From the NCBI GenBank assembly GCA_028290695.1, contig JAQGJJ010000158.1:1-53129 (forward strand): a stretch of DNA of 53,129 nt, read 5' to 3'. The notes beneath the pieces are model-generated. The model was not told where the DNA came from. It was given only the letters and a program-made list of their open reading frames with translations, and did no database searches. This document shows, piece by piece, positions 18,745-27,137 of the stretch. How positions within the stretch are numbered: position 1 is the first letter of the stretch; each line of letters begins with the position of its first letter. The DNA is from Enterovirga sp. (GTDB lineage: Bacteria; Pseudomonadota; Alphaproteobacteria; Rhizobiales; Beijerinckiaceae). The translations under genes were made by a program, and so were the position numbers.

Positions 18745-18774
18745 AGGGCCGGCGCAAGCCGGCCCTTTTCGTTT
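18745..18774 (+). terminator. Rho-independent terminator of groESL
   Basis: AGGGCCGGC-GCAA-GCCGGCCCT followed by TTTCGTTT. Confidence 0.85.
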
Positions 18775-18851
18775 GTGCTGGGCGCGCAGGCGGATAACCT
18801 CCCGGCTCCCGCAACTCGCCGCGCCGGCGAGATCACATTGAGGAGGGTGCC

Positions 18852-18962
18852 TTGGCCAAGGGACAGCAGAAATCCGGTCGCGAGGCGAAGAAGCCCAAGA
18901 AGGAGGTGCCGAAGACGATCGCGGCCGCTCCTTCGACGAAGGGTGTCACGATCAAGAAGTAG
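18852..18962 (+). CDS. Small basic protein, 36 aa (MAKGQQKSGREAKKPKKEVPKTIAAAPSTKGVTIKK)
   Basis: GAGGAGG RBS 5 nt before a TTG start, typical codon usage, TAG at 18960-18962 and its own terminator. Absent from the ORF track because of its size. Confidence 0.75.
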   Translation: MAKGQQKSGREAKKPKKEVPKTIAAAPSTKGVTIKK

Positions 18963-18967
18963 ACCGC

Positions 18968-19003
18968 ATGGAGTCGGCGCTTCGCGGCGCCGGCTCCATT
19001 TTT
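18968..19003 (+). terminator. Rho-independent terminator after the small basic protein gene
   Basis: ATGGAGTCGGCGC-TTCGCG-GCGCCGGCTCCAT followed by TTTT. Confidence 0.8.
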
Positions 19004-19094
19004 CGGAATCCGGCTCGAGCCCGGCGATCGGGCGGTGCCGCGGCAGCTGCGCTGACGCTGGGTACCTCGGGGCGGCGGCGTCCGACGGCCCGGT

Positions 19095-19796
19095 CTACGA
19101 GAGGACGATCACCTTCGTCCCGACGGGGGTGCGGCCATAGAGGTCCATTACGTCCTGGTTGATCATCCGGATGCAGCCGGACGAGACCGAGGTGCCGATC
19201 GTCTCGGGTTCGACCGTGCCGTGGATGCGGAACAGCGTGTCCTTGTTGCCCTGCCAGAGATAGAGCGCCCGCGCGCCGACCGGGTTGTCGAGGCCGCCCT
19301 TCATGCCGATGCCGCTCTGCAGCTTGGCGAGCTGTGGCTTGATGTCGGGCCGGCGCTTGATCATCTCGGCCGGCGGGTACCAGTCCGGCCATTCCTGCTT
19401 GGACCGGACATCGGCCACGCCCGCCCAGCCGAAGCCCTGCTTGCCGACGCCGACGCCGTAGCGCATTGCCCGCCCGCCTTCGGCGACGTGGAAGAGCAGG
19501 TGCGCCTTCGGATCGACCACGATGGTGCCGGGACGCTCCTTGCCGTCATAGGCCACCTCCTGGCGGAGAAAGGCGGGGTCGAGCTTCGCGTAGTCGAACG
19601 CCGGAATCGGGAACTTGTCCCCCTTCACCTCGGCGTAGATGCTCGCATGGTCGAACCGGCGGCCGACCGGGTCGCCGGCTCGCAGGTTCACGTCGGGACC
19701 GCCGGCCGTCTGGCTCGGCGCGACGCAGCCGGCGAGTCCCGACCCGGCCGCGGCGGCGGCGCCCGCGAGGAGAATGCGGCGGCTCAGCAGGGTCAT
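19095..19796 (-). CDS. L,D-transpeptidase (YkuD/ErfK family), Tat lipoprotein
   Basis: SRRILL Tat motif, LAGC lipobox, GTIVVD, RYGVGVG, catalytic RIHGT..SSGCIRM. GGAG RBS. Confidence 0.92.
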   Translation of the reverse strand: MTLLSRRILLAGAAAAAGSGLAGCVAPSQTAGGPDVNLRAGDPVGRRFDHASIYAEVKGDKFPIPAFDYAKLDPAFLRQEVAYDGKERPGTIVVDPKAHLLFHVAEGGRAMRYGVGVGKQGFGWAGVADVRSKQEWPDWYPPAEMIKRRPDIKPQLAKLQSGIGMKGGLDNPVGARALYLWQGNKDTLFRIHGTVEPETIGTSVSSGCIRMINQDVMDLYGRTPVGTKVIVLS

Positions 19797-19914
19797 GAGG
19801 GCTCCGGACCGGCGCGTGCGTGACTCGGACGTCGCCGCAGCATCGCTCACCTCGGCCGATCGACGTCAAGATCGTGAAGCACGTCCGGATACAGATGGTC
19901 ATAAGGTGTTGCGC

Positions 19915-19939
19915 GGAACCCCGCTCCTCCCGGCGCGTC
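19915..19939 (+). promoter_or_regulatory. ECF/EcfG-like promoter GGAAC-N16-CGTC upstream of the SOD gene
   Basis: GGAAC at 19915-19919 and CGTC at 19936-19939. One mismatch from CGTT. Confidence 0.45.
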
Positions 19940-20002
19940 GACACGCGCCGGCGGAGGCCGGGACCAGCAGGTCCGCATAACCAAAGAGGGAGACCAGCAG
20001 AG

Positions 20003-20755
20003 ATGACGCAGTTCCACCGCCGCTCGCTTTTCGTCGGCACGGCCGCGTTCGGCCTGGCCGTCGCGCTCCGGCCCGCCGGCGCCCAGGCTCCGGCCGCCAC
20101 CCCGGCCGGCGCTCCGGCGCCCGCCGCGGGGCCCTTCACGCTGGCTCCGCTTCCCTACGCGGCCAACGCCAACGAGCCGCATATCGACGCGATGACAATG
20201 GAGCTGCATCACGACCGGCACCACGCCGCCTATGTGAGCAACCTCAACGCGGCCCTGAAGGACCACGGCGATCTCGCCAAGAAGCCGCTCGAGGAGATGC
20301 TGGCCAACCTGGCGAGCGTGCCGGAGGCCATCCGGACCACCGTGCGCAACAGCGGCGGCGGCCACGCCAACCACACCATGTTCTGGCAGATCATGGGCGG
20401 GCAGGGCGGCGAGCCGACGGGCGAGCTCAAGGCCGCCATCGACCGGGATCTCGGCGGCGTCTCCAAGATGAGGGACGACTTCAACGCCGCCGGAGGCCGG
20501 GTCTTCGGCTCGGGCTGGGTGTTCGTCACCGTCGACAAGGCCGGCAAGCTCGCACTGACAACCAAGCCCAACCAGGACACGCCGCTGATGGACGGGAACC
20601 GCGCCCTGTTCGGCAACGACGTGTGGGAGCACGCCTATTACCTCAAGTACAACAACCGCCGGCCGGATTACCTGCGGGCGTGGTGGAACGTCGTGAACTG
20701 GCCGAAGATCGCGGAGCGCTACGCGGCCGCGAAGGCCGGCACGCTCACCATCTGA
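20003..20755 (+). CDS. sodA: Fe/Mn superoxide dismutase with Tat signal (Mn-type signature)
   Basis: HRRSLF Tat motif, LPY..EPHID..TMELHH..HH, GGGHANH, NQD and DVWEHAYYL. Confidence 0.9.
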   Translation: MTQFHRRSLFVGTAAFGLAVALRPAGAQAPAATPAGAPAPAAGPFTLAPLPYAANANEPHIDAMTMELHHDRHHAAYVSNLNAALKDHGDLAKKPLEEMLANLASVPEAIRTTVRNSGGGHANHTMFWQIMGGQGGEPTGELKAAIDRDLGGVSKMRDDFNAAGGRVFGSGWVFVTVDKAGKLALTTKPNQDTPLMDGNRALFGNDVWEHAYYLKYNNRRPDYLRAWWNVVNWPKIAERYAAAKAGTLTI

Positions 20756-20906
20756 CCGGCGGTACAGGGCGCAAGCCCAGCTGGGACGGCTGCTTTCGCG
20801 GGGTTGGCGCCCTGCGGAAGCCCCGTCCCGGCCCGCTGTGCGATGCGCCGCGGGCGCTCCGCGGACCGGCCCGGTAGCGTCGCGGCCCGCGATCAGGCTC
20901 CGGGCC

Positions 20907-21809
20907 TCAGCCGAGAACGACCACCTCGGCCCCGACGCTCGCCCGGTTGTAGAGGTCCATCGCATCCTGGTTGACCATGCGGATGCAGCCGGAGGAGGCG
21001 CGGGTGCCGATCGTCCAGGGCTCGGTCGTGCCATGGATGCGGTAGAGCGTGTCCTTGTTGCCCTGCCACAGGTAGAGCGCCCGGGCGCCGAGGGGGTTGC
21101 GCGGCCCGCCATGCATGCCGATGCCGCTCTGCAGCTCGGTGAGGCTGCGGGCGAGCTTCGGGTCGCGGGCGATCATCTCCTTGGGTGGATACCAGTCCGG
21201 CCAGGCCTGTTTGGAGTTGACCGTGGCGGTGCCCGACCAGGCGAAGCCCTGGCGACCGACCCCGACGCCATACCGGATGGCCCGGCCGCCGCCCTGCACG
21301 AAGTAGAGGTGGCGAGCGTTGGGATCGACCACGATGGTGCCGGCCGGCTCGCGGCCCCGGTAGGCCACCTCGCGGCGCAGGTAGTCGGGCCCGACCCGCC
21401 GGAAATCGAAGGCCGGAACGGGAAAAGGCTCGCCGTCCACCCGCCCGTAGATGCGCCGGTACTCGAAGGCTCCATCCGCGACCGGCGTGTCGACCGGAGG
21501 CCGGGTCCCGTCAATCCCGCGTCGGCGCGACCCGTACGGGTACTGGCCGTACGGGTCTGGGTCGCCCGGACGCCCGGAGCCCTCGGGCACGTAGTAATCC
21601 TCCTGCACCTGCGTGTCGTAGAACCGGTCGCGCCGCTCCGAGGCGGAGGGCCGGCTGCGTGGCCAGAAGCCCTCCGGCTCGGCGTAGGGATCGTCGAAGA
21701 AAGGGTCGCGCCGCCTCTGCGCCAGGGCCGGGCCCGTGGCGACCAGGCTCGCGGCTCCGACGATCAGGCTGCGTCGCGACAGGGGAAGCGCGGGAGGGGC
21801 ATTCGACAT
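20907..21809 (-). CDS. L,D-transpeptidase (YkuD/ErfK family), Tat-exported
   Basis: SRRSLI Tat motif, ALA-Q cleavage site, catalytic RIHGT..SSGCIRM. Confidence 0.92.
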   Translation of the reverse strand: MSNAPPALPLSRRSLIVGAASLVATGPALAQRRRDPFFDDPYAEPEGFWPRSRPSASERRDRFYDTQVQEDYYVPEGSGRPGDPDPYGQYPYGSRRRGIDGTRPPVDTPVADGAFEYRRIYGRVDGEPFPVPAFDFRRVGPDYLRREVAYRGREPAGTIVVDPNARHLYFVQGGGRAIRYGVGVGRQGFAWSGTATVNSKQAWPDWYPPKEMIARDPKLARSLTELQSGIGMHGGPRNPLGARALYLWQGNKDTLYRIHGTTEPWTIGTRASSGCIRMVNQDAMDLYNRASVGAEVVVLG

Positions 21810-21874
21810 GCCTGCATCATACCGGCTTCGAGCCATGCTGCACCAGCGAACGCATGTCACAGGAGGGACGCGGT

Positions 21875-22293
21875 CTAGCCCCGGCCGGCGGAGATCTCCA
21901 CCTCGCGCACGAGATCGAAGGCGCCGTCGGCGGACACGTCGCAGCGCAGCCGCACGATGGCCCGGCGGGAGCCGTGCGCCAGATCCAGGAGGCGGAAGAA
22001 GCGCTCGGCCGACAGGAAGATGTCGAAGCGGTGCTCGCCCGAACTCGACACTCCGAAATAATCGCCCTCGACCCGATCGAAGCGGGCGGGCCAGGCCTTC
22101 GCCCGCATCTTCAGCTGGGCCGGGGTGGAGCCCCAGAAGGTCAGATCGACGTCGCCGATCTCCTCGCCGGTCTCGGCCGTCGCGCCGACGCCGGCGAGCT
22201 TCGCCACCCCTGTATCGTTCGTGGCCGTGAGCACGAGGTCGTAGGCGACCCGCGTGATCGAGACGTGGATGTTGCGGGCCCCGAGGGTAGCCA

Positions 22294-22294
<1 letters not shown>
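21875..22294 (-). CDS. Hypothetical protein (139 aa) translationally coupled to glyQ
   Basis: ATG overlaps the glyQ TGA (TGATG). Globular-looking sequence MATLGARNIHVSITRVAYDLVL... with typical codon usage. Confidence 0.7.
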
Positions 22295-23265
<971 letters not shown>

Positions 23266-23273
23266 GGCCCCAT

Positions 23274-23301
23274 CGATAGGGCGGCTCCCCTGCCTGTCAA
23301 G
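23274..23301 (-). promoter_or_regulatory. Sigma70-type promoter CTTGAC-N16-CTATCG, 8 nt before the glyQ ATG
   Basis: The + strand has CGATAG at 23274-23279 and GTCAAG at 23296-23301. Confidence 0.5.
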
Positions 23302-23355
23302 CGCGGCTCGCCGCACCAGCCGCACCGAACCCCGCAGGGGCGGTGCCGCGGAGGC

Positions 23356-24828
23356 TCAGGTCGCGGATGTCCGGACCTGCCGGCCCAATGGAACGTGCGG
23401 AACCAGGAGCGCCACCGCCGCGGCCCCGCAGGAGATCAGGAACACGGCCCAGAACGTGTTGTGCAGCGCACCCTGCAGCAGCGCCCGGGCTCCGTCGAGC
23501 GCCGCGCTTCCCTGTCCGGAAGCGAGCACCTTCTGCAACTCCTCCGAGCCGATCGGGGAGGTCGCACCCGGACGCGCGAGGCCGTGGTTCAGGACGGCAC
23601 CGAACACCGCCGCCCCGAGCGTGCTGCCGAGGTTGCGCGAGAACAGGTTGGAGGCCGTGGCGCTGCCGCGCTCGGACCAGCTCACGATCTCCTGGATGAG
23701 CACGATCGACGACGTGCTGAGGAGCCCCATTCCAAGGCCCATGACGAGCGAGCCGGCCCCTGCCAGGGCAGGCGGCATCTCGGGCGTCAACATCAGGAAG
23801 GCCACGGCGCCGGTTGGCACGAGGGCGGCCCCGACAGCGAGCAGCGGCTTCAACCCGAACCGAGCGAAGCTCCGGGCCGCGAAGGTCGCCCCGACCGGCC
23901 AGCCGAGAACCATCACGGTCAGCGCCAGCCCGGCGACCACCGGGGTCTGCCGCATCACGCCCTGGACATACATGGGCAGAAAGGTCGTAAGGCCGATCAG
24001 CGCCATTCCGGCCAGCAGGGAGGCCCCGTTCGCTGCCGCGATGGGCCGGCGCGACCAGAGCTCGAAGGAGATCATGGGCTCGGCCGCGCGCCTTTCCCAC
24101 CACACGAACAGCGCGGCCGCGACGACCGCCACTGCGCCGGCTGCGGCCGCGACGGTCGCATCCGCGCTGCCGGATTCGGTCAGGGCCGTCATGAGTGCCC
24201 CCATGGCGACGGTGAACAGCAGCGCGCCGGGCACGTCCACCTTCGACCGCACGGGCCCAAGATCCTCGCGCAGGAAGAGAACGAAGCCGAGCGCCGCGAG
24301 AATGCCGATCGGCACATTCAACCAGAAGATCCAGGCCCACGAGGTCTTCGCGATGATGAGGGCACCGACCACCGGTCCGAGAACGGCTGAAATCGCCCAT
24401 ACGCTGGCCAGGGCGCCCTGGATGCGGCCGCGCTCTTCCGCGGCATAGAGATCGCCGACGAGCGTCAGTCCGACGGGCTGCATCGCGCCTGCGCCGATGC
24501 CCTGCACCAGCCTGAACGCGATCAGGCTCGGCATCGACCAGGCGAACCCGCACCCGAGCGATCCCAAGAGGAACACCCCGATCCCGGCGAGCAGCATCGG
24601 CTTGCGCCCGTACACGTCCGACAGCTTTCCGAATACGACGGTCGCCACGGTCTGGGTCAGCAGAAAGGCGGAGAATACCCAGCTGTACAGGGTGAGCCCG
24701 CCCAGTTCGCCCACGATCTGCGGCATGGCGGTCGACACGATCGTCGCCTCGATCGCGATCATGAACATGGACAGCATCACGGATGCGATGACGAGGGGGC
24801 GGGCCGTCGTCTGCTTGCTTGCGGGCAT
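23356..24828 (-). CDS. MFS transporter, DHA2/MDR family (14 TMS)
   Basis: EATIVSTAMPQI, GKLSDVYGRK motif A, RLVQGIGAG, GPVVG, WIFWLNVPIG. Confidence 0.9.
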   Translation of the reverse strand: MPASKQTTARPLVIASVMLSMFMIAIEATIVSTAMPQIVGELGGLTLYSWVFSAFLLTQTVATVVFGKLSDVYGRKPMLLAGIGVFLLGSLGCGFAWSMPSLIAFRLVQGIGAGAMQPVGLTLVGDLYAAEERGRIQGALASVWAISAVLGPVVGALIIAKTSWAWIFWLNVPIGILAALGFVLFLREDLGPVRSKVDVPGALLFTVAMGALMTALTESGSADATVAAAAGAVAVVAAALFVWWERRAAEPMISFELWSRRPIAAANGASLLAGMALIGLTTFLPMYVQGVMRQTPVVAGLALTVMVLGWPVGATFAARSFARFGLKPLLAVGAALVPTGAVAFLMLTPEMPPALAGAGSLVMGLGMGLLSTSSIVLIQEIVSWSERGSATASNLFSRNLGSTLGAAVFGAVLNHGLARPGATSPIGSEELQKVLASGQGSAALDGARALLQGALHNTFWAVFLISCGAAAVALLVPHVPLGRQVRTSAT

Positions 24829-25008
24829 TCGGCTGGCCTTCACGACGATCGGGGTCGGCCGGGCGGCCGGGCTGTGCTGGCGGACCCTGTACCGCATCCG
24901 GGAACCGCGTGAGCCACCCTGTGCCGCGCGTCAGCGTCCCGGTGCGCGCAGTGGCGGCACGCGGCGCGGCTCATTGACCCCCCGGGCGCGACGGCGCAGA
25001 GCCCAGCC

Positions 25009-26214
25009 ATGACCTCCGTCGCTTCCCATCCGATCGCCAACCGGCCGCTCATGCCGGTGCTCGCGGCGCTGAGCGTCGCCCATCTGCTCAACGATCTTCT
25101 CCAGTCGATGATCCCGGCGATCTATCCGTTGATCAAGGAGGCCTATCGGCTCGACTTCGCACAGGTCGGAGTGATCACGCTGGCGTTCCAGCTGACCTCG
25201 TCGCTGCTGCAGCCCCTGCTCGGATACGTGACCGACCGCAGGCCGTGGCCCTACGCGATGGTGGCCGGAATGGGTGCGACGCTGCTGGGTCTCCTGGGCC
25301 TGTCCGCGGCCGGGAGCTACGGCATGATCCTGGTCTCGGCTGCCCTCGTCGGGCTGGGCTCGGCGGTCTTCCATCCGGAGGCGACCCGGATGGCCCGGCA
25401 TGCGGCCGCCGGGCGGCAGGGGCTGGCTCAGGGCGTCTTCCAGATCGGCGGGCACGCCGGCTACGCCGTCGGCCCTCTTCTGGCTGCCGCCGTCGTGGTT
25501 CCACGCGGCCAGGCCAGCCTGTCCTGGTTCTCGGGGATCGCCGTGGTGGCGATGCTGCTGATGGCCAGGACCGCGACCCTGTACCGAAAGAGCCGCGGCT
25601 CGGTTTCCGGCGACGCGGACGGAACCGCCCGGAGGCTACAGGGCGTCTCCGGCAGGAAGCCGACGGTAGTCCTGCCGATGATCGTGCTCGTGATGTTGAT
25701 GTTGTCGAAGAACGCCTACATGGCGTCCTTTACATCGTATTATACGTTTTATTTGATCGAGCGCTTCCACGTCACGGTGCAGCTCTCCCAGCTCATGCTG
25801 TTCCTCTACCTCGTGGTCGGCGCGGTCGGGGTCATCGTCGGCGGGATGCTCGGGGACCGGATCGGCCGCGACCGCGTGATCTGGCTGTCGATTCTCGGTG
25901 CGCTCCCCTTCGCGGTCGCCCTTCCGTATGCGGACCTTTTCTGGACGGGCGTACTCAGCGTCCTGGTCAGCCTGATCATGGCCAGCGCCTTCTCGTCGAT
26001 CCTGATCTACGCGATCGACCTGATGCCGCACCGTGTGGGCCTCGTCGGGGGCCTCTTCTACGGCCTCGCATTCGGGCTCGGCGGGCTTGCGGCGGCCGGG
26101 CTCGGCGCCTTGGCCGACCGCATCGGCATCATCGAGGTGTTCCGGCTCTGCTCCTGGCTGCCGGCACTCGGGTTGCTGACCTTCCTGCTGCCGCCAAGCC
26201 GTCCGGCGCCGTAG
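25009..26214 (+). CDS. MFS transporter, Fsr (fosmidomycin resistance)-like
   Basis: HLLNDLLQS, SSLLQP, FHPE, GLAQGVFQIGG, SYYTFYLIERF, GDRIGR. Confidence 0.85.
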   Translation: MTSVASHPIANRPLMPVLAALSVAHLLNDLLQSMIPAIYPLIKEAYRLDFAQVGVITLAFQLTSSLLQPLLGYVTDRRPWPYAMVAGMGATLLGLLGLSAAGSYGMILVSAALVGLGSAVFHPEATRMARHAAAGRQGLAQGVFQIGGHAGYAVGPLLAAAVVVPRGQASLSWFSGIAVVAMLLMARTATLYRKSRGSVSGDADGTARRLQGVSGRKPTVVLPMIVLVMLMLSKNAYMASFTSYYTFYLIERFHVTVQLSQLMLFLYLVVGAVGVIVGGMLGDRIGRDRVIWLSILGALPFAVALPYADLFWTGVLSVLVSLIMASAFSSILIYAIDLMPHRVGLVGGLFYGLAFGLGGLAAAGLGALADRIGIIEVFRLCSWLPALGLLTFLLPPSRPAP

Positions 26215-26283
26215 AGCGGAGATGCCGGCCGACGGCGATTTGGGCCCGGCGAGCAAACAGTAACCGTCCCAAGAAGTTTGGCC

Positions 26284-26309
26284 GGAACATTGGGGGCCTG
26301 ATCGGCATT
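26284..26309 (+). promoter_or_regulatory. EcfG-type promoter GGAAC-N17-CATT
   Basis: GGAAC at 26284-26288 and CATT at 26306-26309, about 110 nt upstream of the 26419 start. Confidence 0.55.
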
Positions 26310-26418
26310 CTCAACCCGAAATCGACCGGTCACGCTTCATGTGTGCCCCCACACAGCCGCAGAGTTCAGGTCCCGCGAAGAAGAGGGCCAGGATTCAGAA
26401 CGGCTGAGGAGACATCAA

Positions 26419-26718
26419 ATGGTTCTGCCCCAAGTTGCTCTTCGATTGATGGCCGCCTCCGTTCTCATCGGCGGCGTCGCGCTTGCCGGCTCCGCGATCG
26501 CGAAGCCACTCTCCTCCGAGGCCAAAGTCGCCTCGGCCGAGCCTGCGATGACCGCCTCGGCCGCGCCGTCCATCGTGTCCGCTTCCATTCCCGAGACAGG
26601 TCCGGCCACGCGGGCCGCAGATGGGCAGGACGGCTGCACCCGGAAGGTGAAGGTTGTCTATGCCGGGTATGGCGAAGCGAGCCGGGCCGGCTGTGTCGTG
26701 TCGTCCCGCGCCAACTGA
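26419..26718 (+). CDS. Small secreted hypothetical protein (99 aa) with C-terminal Cys pair
   Basis: GAGGAG RBS, signal peptide ending AIA, C-terminal CTRKVKVVYAGYGE...C. Confidence 0.75.
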   Translation: MVLPQVALRLMAASVLIGGVALAGSAIAKPLSSEAKVASAEPAMTASAAPSIVSASIPETGPATRAADGQDGCTRKVKVVYAGYGEASRAGCVVSSRAN

Positions 26719-26801
26719 GACGTTCAGCCGGTTCGGCTCTCGTTCAGCAACCCGACGCCAAACGGAACGGCGGAGGGCGAGTTGGTAACGAGGAGGACAG
26801 G

Positions 26802-27137
26802 ATGATCGAACTGCGATCGAGCATGCTTGCGGCAGCCTTGGTGGCCGCTTCGATGATCGGGGCCGGGGCGGCATCGGCCGCGCCTGCGGCGGCGGGAGCT
26901 GCCCAGGTCGGAGCGCTCAGTGCACCGGTGGAACTGGCGCAGTGGGGCTACGGAGACGGCTACGAGCGGGAGTATCGTCGGCCGCGCTACGGGTATGACG
27001 AGCGGCGCCGGTTCCGCGGCGGTCCGGGATACGGCTTCTACGGCCACCCCCGGCGCGCCTGGGGCGGCCCAGCAACCGTGTGCAGGATCAGGCAGTCGCC
27101 CTGGGGACCCCGGCGGGTCTGCTGGGAGCGTTGGTAA
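26802..27137 (+). CDS. Secreted Arg/Tyr/Gly-rich peptide (111 aa) with C-terminal Cys hairpin
   Basis: GAGGAGG RBS, signal peptide ending ASA, APVELAQ, then WGYGDGYEREYRRPRYG...VCRIRQSPWGPRRVCWERW. Hidden at the end of the 25245..27137 track ORF. Confidence 0.8.
   Translation: MIELRSSMLAAALVAASMIGAGAASAAPAAAGAAQVGALSAPVELAQWGYGDGYEREYRRPRYGYDERRRFRGGPGYGFYGHPRRAWGGPATVCRIRQSPWGPRRVCWERW

Noticed and set aside
25728-25758. AT-rich patch inside the Fsr-like gene as a sign of foreign DNA
   Set aside because: It is short and coincides with FTSYYTFYLI, residues encoded by AT-rich codons. No mobile-element signatures flank it.
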